In this document: positions 19,923-30,154 of the stretch, in pieces
Layout: the number at the start of each line of letters is the position of its first letter
How positions within the stretch are numbered: position 1 is the stretch's first letter
Assembly: GCA_963692865.2 (NCBI GenBank)
Contig: OY843592.1
Coordinates: 800,001 to 864,000, forward strand
Length of the DNA stretch: 64,000 nt
Source of the DNA: a bacterium
GTDB taxonomy: Bacteria; UBA8248
Reading direction: 5' to 3'
Position numbers and translations under genes: made by a program
The notes under the pieces: generated by a model
Seen by the model: the letters and a program-made list of their open reading frames with translations, nothing else
What the model was told of the DNA's origin: nothing
Database searches by the model: none

Positions 19923-21017
19923 ATGAGAATGGCGAAGGTCGTTTTGGAGAACTTGAGCAAGAATTACGGCGAGGTGGTCGCGGTCGACAACGTGGACCTG
20001 GAGATCGAAGACGGCAGATTCGTCGTCCTCCTGGGTCCTTCGGGGTGCGGGAAGACCACCATCCTGAACGTGGTGGCGGGCCTGCTGGAGCCGACCGAGG
20101 GGGCGATACTCATCGACGGGGTGGACGTTCGCCACATTCCGGCCCACAAGCGCAACATGGCCATGGTGTTCCAGAGCTACGCCCTGTATCCCCACCTCCG
20201 GGTGCGGGACAACCTGGCCTTCCCGCTCCGGATGATGAAGATGTCCAGGGCGGAAGTCGAGGAGAAAGTCCGCTGGGCGGCCGAGGCGCTGAACATCGAG
20301 GAGCTTCTGGCGCGAAGGCCGCGCGAACTCTCGGGCGGACAGCGCCAGCGGGTGGCGCTGGGCCGGGCCATCGTCCGCGAACCCTGGGCGTTCCTGATGG
20401 ACGAGCCGCTCTCGAACCTCGACGCCGCGCTCCGGGTCGAGATGCGCGCGGAACTCAAAAAGCTCCACCGGCGTCTCGAGACCACCATGATCTACGTTAC
20501 CCACGATCAGGTGGAGGCGCTCAACATGGCGGACGAGATCGCGCTCTTAAAAGACGGCGTGCTCCAGCAGTACGCCTCCCCCTACGCCGTCTACCACGAA
20601 CCGGCCAACACCTTCGTGGCGCAGTTCGTGGGCACGCCGCCGATGAACCTCATTCCCGGCGCCCTGGAGCAGGAGAACGGGAGGCTGCGCTTCCGCTACG
20701 GGAATTTCGCCGTGGAGCCTTCGCCGGCGCTACGCGAGCGATTGGAAGAGAAGGCGAGGGATAAGGTGATCCTGGGGATTCGCCCCGAGGACGTCACCGT
20801 GGAAGCCGCAGGCGGCGACGGGGACGGCCACCTGAGCAAGGTGCTGCTGCTGGAGCCTTACGGGGCGGATCAGGTGCTCGAACTCGCCTTCGAGGACGTA
20901 TCGATCATGGCGCGCACCCCCTCCACCTTGAGAGTCGACATGGGGGACGAGGCCCGGGTGGGAATGCGCGGGGACAACCTCTTCTTCTTCGACGCCGAGA
21001 CCCAACTGGCCATCTGA
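19923..21017 (+). CDS. Carbohydrate ABC ATP-binding protein (MalK/UgpC-like)
   Basis: GPSGCGKT, LSGGQRQR, DEPLSNLD, YVTHDQVEA. Confidence 0.93.
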   Translation: MRMAKVVLENLSKNYGEVVAVDNVDLEIEDGRFVVLLGPSGCGKTTILNVVAGLLEPTEGAILIDGVDVRHIPAHKRNMAMVFQSYALYPHLRVRDNLAFPLRMMKMSRAEVEEKVRWAAEALNIEELLARRPRELSGGQRQRVALGRAIVREPWAFLMDEPLSNLDAALRVEMRAELKKLHRRLETTMIYVTHDQVEALNMADEIALLKDGVLQQYASPYAVYHEPANTFVAQFVGTPPMNLIPGALEQENGRLRFRYGNFAVEPSPALRERLEEKARDKVILGIRPEDVTVEAAGGDGDGHLSKVLLLEPYGADQVLELAFEDVSIMARTPSTLRVDMGDEARVGMRGDNLFFFDAETQLAI

Positions 21018-21087
21018 TCCTGAATCGGCCTTCGCACAAACCGCTTGGCCTCTGTCGGGCTTTCCCCTCGGGAAGCCCGACTCTCAC

Positions 21088-21412
21088 GGGGCTGTTGAAA
21101 AAGTCCTCTTTGCCTCATCCTGAGTAGCGGCGAAGCCGCGTATCGAAGGATGCCCTCTCGCCCGGTGCGAGCGCGTGTGATTGGTCGTGTAGGGGTCGCA
21201 TATATGCGACCCTGCATTATTCGCGTCTTCACAGACATGGGCCGCATATATGCGGCCCCTACACTAGGCTTGCGACCAAAACGACGTGCGGGGGAGGACA
21301 CACAGGTCCTCCCCTACAAAACCATCGTGTCTCGCGTAGCCGGACAGGCGCAGGGGCCTGTCCGGGGACCTATGTGTCCGCCCAGTCTCGAAACAGGCTT
21401 TTTAATAACCCC
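21088..21412. mobile_element. MITE-like element with GGGCTGTTGAAAAA-type terminal inverted repeats enclosing REP hairpins
   Basis: Left end ggggctgttgaaaaag, right end ctttttaataacccc; internal gtaggggtcgcatatatgcgaccc hairpins. Confidence 0.55.
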
Positions 21413-21413
21413 T

Positions 21414-22187
21414 TTACGTGTAAACCTCCTGAATACCAAAATAGTCCGGGTTGAAGTTCTCCACTATCTCGACCACCTTGTTCACGCAGGCCTCGAAATA
21501 CCGGCGGCCCTTCTCCGGCGTGGCCCGGCGCGGGTCGCCGTAGACGCCGTTGTGCACCCGGCTGTCCGGCAGGCGGACGACCGAGGTCACCCCGTGCTGG
21601 TAGGAGAGAACGAGTTCGGGCTTGTACTCCCAGTCGCCCAGCCTGTCCACGCGCACCATGTCCGGGCGGATGTGCATCATGAAGGCCGTCTCGAACTCGT
21701 TCGCGTGGGTGCCCTCGCGGAAGTTGTCGCCGATGGCGTCGCACGCCTCCTTGTCCACCATGAAGTAGCTCCCGGCGACGATGAGTTTGTCTCCGTCCCT
21801 GCCGTAGCGGTCCATGAGCCTGAACATCATGGTCTGGAGCAGGGGCAGGTTGGGGTTGTGGCCGTTCAGGAAGAAAATCCGCTTGAAGCCGTTGCGAATG
21901 AGGCTCTCGGTGATCTCGCCGACACAGGTCATGAAGGTATCGGCCGTGAAGCTGATGGTGCCGGGAAAATTCTCCCACACCTCCGAGTAGCCGTAGGGAA
22001 GCGGCGGGGCGACGAGGCAGCCCGTGCGGTCGCCGACGGCCTTCGCGACTTCGAACGCGCTCGATATGTCCACCTGAACCGGCAGGTGCGGGCCGTGCTG
22101 TTCGGTCGAGCCCACGGGTTGGATGATGACGGGGTTCTCGGGAATCAGGTCGCGGATTTCCATCCAGGTCAGATCGCTCAGCATCAT
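21414..22187 (-). CDS. Creatininase family protein
   Basis: PVGSTEQHGPHLP..D, NGH..N, HANEFET, GVYGDP..AT.EKG. Confidence 0.9.
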   Translation of the reverse strand: MMLSDLTWMEIRDLIPENPVIIQPVGSTEQHGPHLPVQVDISSAFEVAKAVGDRTGCLVAPPLPYGYSEVWENFPGTISFTADTFMTCVGEITESLIRNGFKRIFFLNGHNPNLPLLQTMMFRLMDRYGRDGDKLIVAGSYFMVDKEACDAIGDNFREGTHANEFETAFMMHIRPDMVRVDRLGDWEYKPELVLSYQHGVTSVVRLPDSRVHNGVYGDPRRATPEKGRRYFEACVNKVVEIVENFNPDYFGIQEVYT

Positions 22188-22216
22188 GGCGTCGTTCCCT
22201 CCATATAGTTTCGGAC

Positions 22217-22687
22217 TCAGCCGGAGACGGCCTCGGCGGGTTCTCCCTCATACATTTTGAACAGGGCCAGATCGAAGCCGTCCGGATCGTAGAAGATGGC
22301 GGCCCGCCAGTAGCGGCCCGGGCCGCGCCACGTCACCTGGGGCGGGGTGGCGAACCGCACGCCCTTGGCCACCAACTCCTCGTAGGCGGCGTCCATGTCT
22401 TCGGGCTCGAAGGCGATGTGGCTGCTGCCCACGTCGTTCAGGGCCGGCGGATTGTCGTAGGGCTTCCCCTCCGCTTTCAGGAACTGGATGAGCTCCACGA
22501 CCGCGCCTCCCGCCTGGAGCATGACGATCCGAAGCCGGCTCTCGGGCGTGGTCGAGGCGTACTGGATCCCCTCCTCGTCGGAGGAGATGTCCTCCACCAC
22601 CTCGAAGCCCAGGGTGTCGCGGTAAAACGCGATGGACCTTTCGATGTCCGAAACCGTTCTGCTGGAATGGTGCATGGGACCTATCAT
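22217..22687 (-). CDS. VOC/glyoxalase family protein
   Basis: HHSSRTVSD..RSIAFY, HIAF, DPDG; ggggag RBS. Confidence 0.85.
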   Translation of the reverse strand: MIGPMHHSSRTVSDIERSIAFYRDTLGFEVVEDISSDEEGIQYASTTPESRLRIVMLQAGGAVVELIQFLKAEGKPYDNPPALNDVGSSHIAFEPEDMDAAYEELVAKGVRFATPPQVTWRGPGRYWRAAIFYDPDGFDLALFKMYEGEPAEAVSG

Positions 22688-22889
22688 GACGATCTCCCCC
22701 CATTGGTCTTGAGAAAACCTTGCGGGCCTACCGTCTTTCGGGATGGTGCCCGTACCGGAAACTTCATGTACGAGATGTGGATGAAGTGTAGCACAAATCT
22801 TTTTGAGGAGCACAAAACGCTCTATGCAAAGGGCTGTTGAAAAAGCCCCGGAAAGCGATATTGCTTTTCGCGCATGCCTTTGAAGTTCA

Positions 22890-23085
22890 CTCCCCCCTTG
22901 AGGGTCTGGCTTCCCGAGGGGAAAGCCAGACGATGAGGCCGAGCCCTTGGGCGAAGGCCGATTCGGTGGGGGGACATGTCACGGGAAAGCTCCCCCCACC
23001 GAATCGCTTGCGGGCTTACGCCCTTACCTCGTCGACTCCCCCTCAAGGGGGGAGTGGTTGGTTGGCGTTCTGCAAGGGGGGAGTG
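22890..23085. repeat. Palindromic element bounded by CCCCCCTTGAGGG...CCCTCAAGGGGGGAG
   Basis: Related copies at ~10150, 33740-33908 plus 35378-35445 (IS-interrupted) and ~61414. Confidence 0.7.
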
Positions 23086-23137
23086 ATTTTCCACTACTCG
23101 GTTGCCGTCGGGCTTCCACTAAATTGCCGAACGCTTC

Positions 23138-23935
23138 TCAACTCCCCCTGAAGTTCGGTTTGCGTTTTTCGTGAAAGGCCTCCACGCCCTCTTTGAAATC
23201 ATCCGACTGGCGAAGCCGCGAATAGCAATGCCCTTCGAGCTGGATTCCTAACGACAAGAAGGTGTCTTCGGTTTCGTTGAGCAGACGCTTGGCCGTTCGC
23301 TGCGCGAGCGGGGCGAACTGGCGGAGCTCGGCCACCAGGGCGTCTGTGGCTTTTTCCAGTTCCTCGTCCGGCACGACCTCGGTGACGACTCCCCACTCAT
23401 GCGCCTGTCTGCCGCCGATGCGCTTCGAGCGCATGACGATGTGCTTCGTCCGCGTGATGCCGATCATCTTCTGCAGGCGCGCCGAGCCGCCCGAACCCGG
23501 AATCTGCCCCAGGCGCTGTTCGGGCAGGGCGTAGAGCGCCGACTCCGACGCGATGCGGAAATCACACGCGAGCGAAATCTCGAAGCCGACGCCGAAGCAG
23601 TAGCCGCGGTTGGCTGCGATGGTCGGTTTTTCGCAGCGCGCCGGCGCCGCGATGTTGTCCGCCAGTTTCGAGACGTGCTCGGGCGAGGCCTCCATGAAGC
23701 CGCGGATGAATCCCCCCGAGGAGAAGTTGGGTCCCAGAGCGCGCAGCACGATCACGCGCACGCGATCGTCGAGGTCCAGGTTCTCGAACGCGGCGCGCAG
23801 CTCCTCGCGCTGGCCCATGCTGATCGTGTTCATCTCGCCGCGGTCGAGGATGATGTCGCCGCGCTGCCCTTCCGCGTCCACTTCGACCGTGAAGCCGTCG
23901 AAACTGGCGCCGTGCAGGTCTTCGCCGTGTCCCAT
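23138..23935 (-). CDS. hmfE: Crotonase-family hydrolase resembling 2-oxoglutaroyl-CoA hydrolase
   Basis: EASPEHVSKLA, RGYCFGVGFEISLACDFRIAS, LGQIPGSGGSARL, LEGHCYSRLR match my recollection of the HmfE subfamily; not verified by search. Confidence 0.6.
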   Translation of the reverse strand: MGHGEDLHGASFDGFTVEVDAEGQRGDIILDRGEMNTISMGQREELRAAFENLDLDDRVRVIVLRALGPNFSSGGFIRGFMEASPEHVSKLADNIAAPARCEKPTIAANRGYCFGVGFEISLACDFRIASESALYALPEQRLGQIPGSGGSARLQKMIGITRTKHIVMRSKRIGGRQAHEWGVVTEVVPDEELEKATDALVAELRQFAPLAQRTAKRLLNETEDTFLSLGIQLEGHCYSRLRQSDDFKEGVEAFHEKRKPNFRGS

Positions 23936-23969
23936 CGTCAAGATTCTCCTTCGTCTCGGATTTTCGTTT

Positions 23970-25583
23970 CTATTCAGCTGGCGCCATTTGCAGCAGCGCC
24001 TTCTTGTCGATCTTGTCGCTCGCGACGCGGGGGAATTCGCCGAGTTCGATGAACCGCGCCGGTATCTTGTAGGTGGCGAGGCCGCTCGTTCGGAGCGCCT
24101 CGGCGAGAGCTTCCGCGTCGAGGCTTCTGCCCGCATGGGGCTGGACGAACGCCCAGGGCGCCTCGCCGTATTCGGGGTCGGGCGCCGCGACCACGGCGCA
24201 CTCGAAGACGTCGGGGTGCTTGGCGATCTCGCGCTCGACCTCGACCGGCAGAATCTTCTGGCCGCTGCGGTTGATGACCTCCTTGCTGCGGCCGAGCAAC
24301 CTCAAGCGGCCGTCCTCGTCTATCGCCGCGATGTCGCCGGTCGCGTTCCAGCCCTCCGACCAGACCGCCATCGTCGCATCCTCGTCCTTCCAGTAGCCCG
24401 AAGACGCGTAAGGGGCCGAGAGTTTGAAGTGGCCGACGCTCCCCCGGGGCAGCGCGTTTCCCTCCTCATCCTCGATTCGCCAGCGGCATCCCCGGTGCGG
24501 GGGGCCGATGCTGCCGTTGAGCCTGAGCGCGGCGGGATCGTTCACGTCCGCGTGCGCGAAGCCGGGGGTTTCCATGCTGCCCGCCGCGAGGACGACGCGA
24601 GCGCCGGTGAGGCGCTCGAAGCGGCGCGCCGCATCGAGATCCGCCGCCGCCGTGCCGATTCTGATGGCGCGCAGCGAGCGCAGGTCGAAGGAACCCGTGT
24701 CTTCCTGCGCCAGACGGTTCAGGATGACGGGCACGGTCGTCGCCACGGTGATCTTCTCGCTCTCGATGAGCGTCAGCAAAGCCCGCGCGTTATAGGATTC
24801 GGGGAACGTGAAGGCGCACGGCGTCATGCCCGACGTCACCCAGACCAGCAGGCCCGCGCCCCCCGCCATCGGCGCGAAAACGCCGACGTTGTCTTGCTCG
24901 CTGATGCGCAATCGCGCGCCGTTTGCGCGGGCGAGACACATCTGCGCCCCTTCGGGCCATTCGCACAGCTTCGAAAAGCCGCTGGAGCCGCTCGAGACCG
25001 TGATCATGGAGATCTCATCGAAGCGGAAAGCCCGGGAGGCGATTTCCTCCATCGCTCCCGCGTTCTCGGGCGGCCGGGTCAGCTCGGCCCAGGGCAGCCA
25101 ACCCTCGGGAGATTCTTCGGAGAGATCGACGCGAAGCGTGCGCGCGGTGACGCCTGCCGCCTCATCCGGCCAGGCATTCGGCTCATCGCGGCCCGCTCCT
25201 GGCGAGGAGAAGATGACGCCCGGCGCCAGTTCCTGATGCGCGTAGCCGAGTTCCTTGCTTCGCCACTGCATGGGTGCGAAGCAGCCGATGATTCCCGCTT
25301 TCTTGAATGCGATGCGAAGCACCATCTCGCGGTTCGAGGACGCCATCTGCACCAGGGCGCGGGCGTCGCGCTCGATTCCTCTGGCGATCAGGTTTGCGGA
25401 GATGCGGTCGGTGCGTTCATCCAGCCCCCGCCAGGTGATCTCCTCTTGCGCGTCTCGGCAGGCGATTTTATCGGGAAAGTCCCGCGCATAGGCGGCGTAG
25501 CGCTCCACCATCGTCTCGCGCGTCCAGTATCCGGCGGCGAGGTAGGCTTCTATTTTTTCCTGGTCAAGAAAAGTAGGTTTCAT
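23970..25583 (-). CDS. AMP-dependent acyl/aryl-CoA ligase
   Basis: SSGSSGFSK P-loop, TGD, GRSKEVINRSGQK, YKIP. Confidence 0.88.
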   Translation of the reverse strand: MKPTFLDQEKIEAYLAAGYWTRETMVERYAAYARDFPDKIACRDAQEEITWRGLDERTDRISANLIARGIERDARALVQMASSNREMVLRIAFKKAGIIGCFAPMQWRSKELGYAHQELAPGVIFSSPGAGRDEPNAWPDEAAGVTARTLRVDLSEESPEGWLPWAELTRPPENAGAMEEIASRAFRFDEISMITVSSGSSGFSKLCEWPEGAQMCLARANGARLRISEQDNVGVFAPMAGGAGLLVWVTSGMTPCAFTFPESYNARALLTLIESEKITVATTVPVILNRLAQEDTGSFDLRSLRAIRIGTAAADLDAARRFERLTGARVVLAAGSMETPGFAHADVNDPAALRLNGSIGPPHRGCRWRIEDEEGNALPRGSVGHFKLSAPYASSGYWKDEDATMAVWSEGWNATGDIAAIDEDGRLRLLGRSKEVINRSGQKILPVEVEREIAKHPDVFECAVVAAPDPEYGEAPWAFVQPHAGRSLDAEALAEALRTSGLATYKIPARFIELGEFPRVASDKIDKKALLQMAPAE

Positions 25584-25597
25584 GTTTTGTTCCGGAA

Positions 25598-26383
25598 TCA
25601 GCGGCCCTTGTACTCAGGCGCGCGTTTTTCGGCATAGGCTTTCAAGGCCTCGCGGCTGTCCTCGGTCGCCATGCAGATGGCGTAGAGCTTGCGCTCGAAG
25701 TCGATGCCCGCCAGAAGCTCGGTTTCCGTGGAGCGCAATACGGCGTCGCGCCCGGCGACGAACGCCATGGGGGCCTGCGCTCCGAGAAGACGGGCCAGCT
25801 CCTTCGCGCGGGGCATCAGGTCGGCCGGCGGCAGGACCTCGGTGACCAGGCCGATAGCGCATGCGGTCTCGGCGTCGACGCGCTGCCCCGTCAGGATCAT
25901 CTGCATGGCCCAGCCCAGCCCCACGAACCGGTAGAGGCGCTGCGTGCCGCCTGAGCCGGGAATCTGGCCCAGGTTTATCTCCGGCAGCCCGAGCAGGGCG
26001 TTCTCGCTCGCGATGCGGACCGTGCAGCCCATCGAGAATTCCAGCCCCGCACCGAAGCAGTAGCCGTTAATCGCGGCGACGCTCGGCTTGCCGAGGCGCT
26101 CGATGGCGGTCGGCAGCTCCTTGCGCAGCGTCGCCGAGGGGCCCATCTCCGAGACCAGCGTGCGCTGCTCCAGTTCGGGAATGTTGGCGCCGGCGCAAAA
26201 CGACTTCTCCCCGTGCCCGGTGAAGACGATGGCCTTCACCGCCTCGTCGGTCTCGGCGCGGCGGGCGCAGTCGAGCAGGTCGACCCGCATCTGGTGCGTC
26301 ATGGCGTTTCGCTTCTCGGGCCGGTGCAGCGTGACTATCAGCAACTCGCCGTCCATTTCGGTGCGCACGTTCTCGTAGTTCAT
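25598..26383 (-). CDS. Enoyl-CoA hydratase/isomerase
   Basis: FCAGANI, GYCFGAGLE, PEINLGQIPGSGGTQRL. Confidence 0.9.
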   Translation of the reverse strand: MNYENVRTEMDGELLIVTLHRPEKRNAMTHQMRVDLLDCARRAETDEAVKAIVFTGHGEKSFCAGANIPELEQRTLVSEMGPSATLRKELPTAIERLGKPSVAAINGYCFGAGLEFSMGCTVRIASENALLGLPEINLGQIPGSGGTQRLYRFVGLGWAMQMILTGQRVDAETACAIGLVTEVLPPADLMPRAKELARLLGAQAPMAFVAGRDAVLRSTETELLAGIDFERKLYAICMATEDSREALKAYAEKRAPEYKGR

Positions 26384-26635
26384 GTCGGCTCCGCCCCCCT
26401 GTCATGGGTTTTCTCATCGACGCAGGCGTCGTCCGCATCGACGCGCGCCCACGCTCCCATTGTAATCACCATCCGCGCGGCTCAAGTCAACCGGCGTTTG
26501 GACGGTTTCGCGAATGCGCAGTGTGTCCGTGAAAAACGCCGGACGAAAAAAGCGTTCACCCCGGCGTCCCGGCCCTCCTGCGAGAGAGCCGGGACGCCGG
26601 GGCGGGCTGTGAAGGAAAGTATGCGTTCGGTCCCG

Positions 26636-27820
26636 CTATGCGCCCAGCTTCAACTTCAGCCAGTCGAAAATCTCGTGCGCGTAGGGGGGCACGTTGTCCA
26701 TCTGGCAGTGCTGGGCGCCCGTTTCGGTCCCCTTGACGACCCGGAAGGTCTTGTCCTTCGATCCCGAGGCGCCAAAAAGATTTTTTGCGTCGGCGAGGGG
26801 GATCTGCTGGTCGCCTTCCCCGTGGATCAGCAGAAACGGGCAGCGCATGTTCTGCACCACGCCGTCGAGCTTGAAATCGGCGAGCAGGTCGAGGCACTCC
26901 TCGGTGGAGTCGGAGTTGAAAATCCACTCCAGGTGATGGCCGGGAACCGAGAGGGCGGTCTTGTAGGCGGCGGCGATACGGTCCTGCCACACCCGCTGGT
27001 AGTCCCAGATCGCCCCCCAGGCCACGCACGCCTTGAAGCGGTGCTCCATGCTGGCGTTTCGGGGCGCGTAGTAGCCGCCGAGGCTTATCGCCATGACGCC
27101 GGCGCGCTTCGCGTCCACGTCGTTTCTGCCTTCGAGATAGTCGAGGGCCGCCCCTCCCGCGACCTCGTGATCGTGGCGCAGGAAGAGCTTCCGGAAGCGG
27201 ATGGCTTCCCCGTTTCCGGGCGCGTCCACGGCGAGCACGCTCATCCCGCGGCGTACGAGGTCTTCCGCGCCCAGGATGTATTGAATCTCCTTCGAGACGT
27301 CGAAGCCGTCGAAGGAGACCACAACGGGCGGTTTCCGCTTCCTCGTGTTCTGCGCGTGAATGAGGATTCCGGGCAGCGTCTTTTTGCCCTCGAAGGGGAT
27401 TTCCACGTGCTCGATGCGCGGCGCGTCCGTGAGCGCGGCGAAGCGCTTGAAGGAATCCAGCGATTTGCGGTACGCGGCGTTCGCCGCCTTGTCCTTGGGC
27501 GTGCGGAACCGCTCGCCGAGCTGGTAGTAGAAACACGCGCGCTTGAAGAAAGCGGCGGCGGAGAGGTCGTTCTTCTTCCGCGCCGCGGCCATCCCGAGGG
27601 CGCGCATCCTGTCGGCCTCGCTCACCCATTCGGCGAACCAGGCGTCGTCGTCGCCTATCTTGCCCTTTAACTTGCGGCAGACCCTGTCGACCTCGCCCAT
27701 CGTGGACGAACCCCAGAAGGACGTGGAATAGGCGATCCCCACGCCTGCGGACCAGCGGTAGTCATTCGGGAAATACGCGAACCACGGTTCCTTGCGGACG
27801 GCTTTTGCTGCTTTTGCCAT
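26636..27820 (-). CDS. Alpha/beta hydrolase, DHPON-hydrolase-like, paralog 2
   Basis: DGFDVSKE, SLGGYYAPR, GAQHCQ. Confidence 0.88.
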   Translation of the reverse strand: MAKAAKAVRKEPWFAYFPNDYRWSAGVGIAYSTSFWGSSTMGEVDRVCRKLKGKIGDDDAWFAEWVSEADRMRALGMAAARKKNDLSAAAFFKRACFYYQLGERFRTPKDKAANAAYRKSLDSFKRFAALTDAPRIEHVEIPFEGKKTLPGILIHAQNTRKRKPPVVVSFDGFDVSKEIQYILGAEDLVRRGMSVLAVDAPGNGEAIRFRKLFLRHDHEVAGGAALDYLEGRNDVDAKRAGVMAISLGGYYAPRNASMEHRFKACVAWGAIWDYQRVWQDRIAAAYKTALSVPGHHLEWIFNSDSTEECLDLLADFKLDGVVQNMRCPFLLIHGEGDQQIPLADAKNLFGASGSKDKTFRVVKGTETGAQHCQMDNVPPYAHEIFDWLKLKLGA

Positions 27821-28226
27821 GAGGCGTTCTCCTTAAAGAAGTAGAAGAATATCGTGTACGTATCTGTTGAGGGGTGGCGCGGGAAAATCGAGAAAAACGG
27901 ATTCTTGAATCCGGCAGTTCTTCGAAATTCAGGCTTCCTCGTATCGTTGTTCCAATGGCGGGAGTTATATCACAGGGTCGTTCCGCCCGTCATGGGCGGT
28001 GGGTGTTTAGTAGGGACAGGTCGCGACCTGTCCGTTCCGTATTCATCTTGAGGAGGAAGAAATTCGGAGGCAGACAACACAAACGTGTTACTCCTTGACG
28101 ATTGGATTCATCCACCATGCCGTCATTCCGGCGAATGCCGGAATCCAGTGACTTTGTCTCTGTTTTTGTCTTTTCGTTTTTATTGTTTTTGGGGTTGTCC
28201 TGCGATACAGGTATTCCCGTTGGTTC

Positions 28227-28321
28227 TGGATTCCGGCATTCGCCGGAATGACGAATAAAACCGCTCCGCCCCGTAGTGGGCCGTTCTTGTGAACGGCTCA
28301 AGGTCGCGACCTGTCCTTACA
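28227..28321 (+). repeat. 95-bp direct repeat, copy 1 (REP-derived)
   Basis: Nearly identical to 29986-30080. Confidence 0.85.
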
Positions 28322-28423
28322 AAGACAATCTTGGAGGAGGACAATCTAGTTGAGTCGCCTATCGAATGATTGCATTGTGATTATTGGGCAGGGTAGAAAC
28401 TGGAACACAAGGAGGGCTTCACC

Positions 28424-28666
28424 ATGGCGAGCATCACGATCCGCAATCTCGACGACGACGTGAAAACACGCCTTCGCGTAAGGGCGGCGGAGAACGGTCG
28501 CTCCATGGAGGAAGAAGCGCGGGTGATCCTGCGCGAGGCCGTCGGACGTGAGGACGTGCCTGCAAAGGGTTTGGGTACGGCGATCCATGAGTTGTTCAAG
28601 CCCTTCGGCGGCGTCGAGCTGGAGTTGCCGCCGCGCGAGTCGATGCGCGAACCGCCCATACGTTGA
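28424..28666 (+). CDS. FitA/StbC-like ribbon-helix-helix antitoxin
   Basis: MASITIRNLDD..K.RLRVRAAENGRSMEEEAR; ggagg RBS. Confidence 0.85.
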   Translation: MASITIRNLDDDVKTRLRVRAAENGRSMEEEARVILREAVGREDVPAKGLGTAIHELFKPFGGVELELPPRESMREPPIR

Positions 28667-28936
28667 GTAGATGGGTTCTTCCACGACGCTGTTTCTGGCG
28701 ACGGCCTACCAGATGGCGTCTTTAGTCGGAAGTTGGGGGATCGGCGTCGAGTGCGCCGACCAGTCGACAGTAATTAAAAAATTTCTTTGTCAACTTTGCT
28801 TAATTAGTCCCATATAATTCCCTCTGAATTCCTTGAACAGAAGTGTTTCCAAACTCATTGTTGTATCCAATGACGAGGCTTTGGGGCTCAAATATCAACA
28901 CATGAAACTTCCATATAATTTCAAAAAGGCCTGCTA

Positions 28937-29824
28937 ATGAGATTTGAGACCGTATTTTGCATTGACGGGAGTGGTGAGAAAAATCAAGAAAGAGCAAAAG
29001 TTAAACGACCCATTTACCGACTCGATGTAAAAAGGAGAAAAATAACGCGCGAAAATAATGAGGAATCCGGGTTGAGTTTCTTCACTCGTCAGATTAAGGG
29101 TATGTCAGTTCCCAAGCCGATATTGGTCGTCGTTGATTGTCCCATCGGATTGCCTGTACAACCTCGAGACGTACACAGTGGGAATCAAACATTCCTGGAA
29201 TGGCTCGAATCAACGGCTCGACGACTTCCGAATGAGGAAGCTTGGAGAGATAGGCTAATTGCCAAGGGAATCGGGGACCGATCAAAATCAAAGCCTTTTG
29301 TAGAGCACAGAAAAGGAGAAGAAAAAAAGGAAATCTACGGACGGCGTAAATGTGATGAAGAAAGTAATGGCGAAAGTGTTTATTTCTTACTGGGGAGTAA
29401 ACAGGTTGGGAAAGCGGCTCTACAATTTTGGTTTGAGGTTCTCCAGCCCCTACGAGAGCGATTTCAGAATCGCTTGGTGGTATGGCCGTTTGAGTCGCTT
29501 CGAAACGGGGATATTGTTGTCGCCGAATGTTACCCTGCTTTGTATGTTAAGCCAGTATACGGGTCTAGAATTTCCAACAAGGGAAACAAAACTGAGCGAG
29601 AAAAAGCGTTGAGTCATTTACGTGCTAACAACAGGGCAAGATGTGAGGTTACAAACAAGACATGGAATGATGCCGCTTCTTCTGATCACAGTTTCGACAT
29701 GTTCACAACTGCCTATTATATTTTGCAAGAGATGGACAAAGGTCGCGAAAATATTCTGTTGTATCCGAAGGATAACCTAGAATGCGAAACTATTGAGGGT
29801 TGGATGCTTGGTTTGAAACCGTAG
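28937..29824 (+). CDS. Putative RNase H-like nuclease (DUF429-like), low GC
   Basis: CIDGSG, VDCPIGLP, AECYPA, FDMF acidic motifs. Confidence 0.55.
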   Translation: MRFETVFCIDGSGEKNQERAKVKRPIYRLDVKRRKITRENNEESGLSFFTRQIKGMSVPKPILVVVDCPIGLPVQPRDVHSGNQTFLEWLESTARRLPNEEAWRDRLIAKGIGDRSKSKPFVEHRKGEEKKEIYGRRKCDEESNGESVYFLLGSKQVGKAALQFWFEVLQPLRERFQNRLVVWPFESLRNGDIVVAECYPALYVKPVYGSRISNKGNKTEREKALSHLRANNRARCEVTNKTWNDAASSDHSFDMFTTAYYILQEMDKGRENILLYPKDNLECETIEGWMLGLKP

Positions 29825-29985
29825 CAGAAAAAGAGAAATTCATGTTTTAATTTTGGGAATTACTGGAGCAGGGAATTTGATTCACCTATCGTATGTACAG
29901 AGTGTAGGGACAGGCCTCCGTGCCTGTCCAACACCTGCGCTGGCCTGCCGACTTTAAGGGCCGTTCGTTCTCCCGCACCCGCAAA

Positions 29986-30080
29986 TGGATTCCGGCATTC
30001 GCCGGAATGACGAATAAAACCGCCCCGCCCCGTAGTGGGCCGTTCTTGTGAACGGCTCAAGGTCGCGACCTGTCCCTACA
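29986..30080 (+). repeat. 95-bp direct repeat, copy 2
   Basis: Matches 28227-28321. Confidence 0.85.
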
Positions 30081-30154
30081 GAAACGATTGCGGGGCAAGG
30101 ACAGGCACGGAGGCCTGTCCCTACAAGAAATTCTGCGTCGGGCGAGTCTCATCC

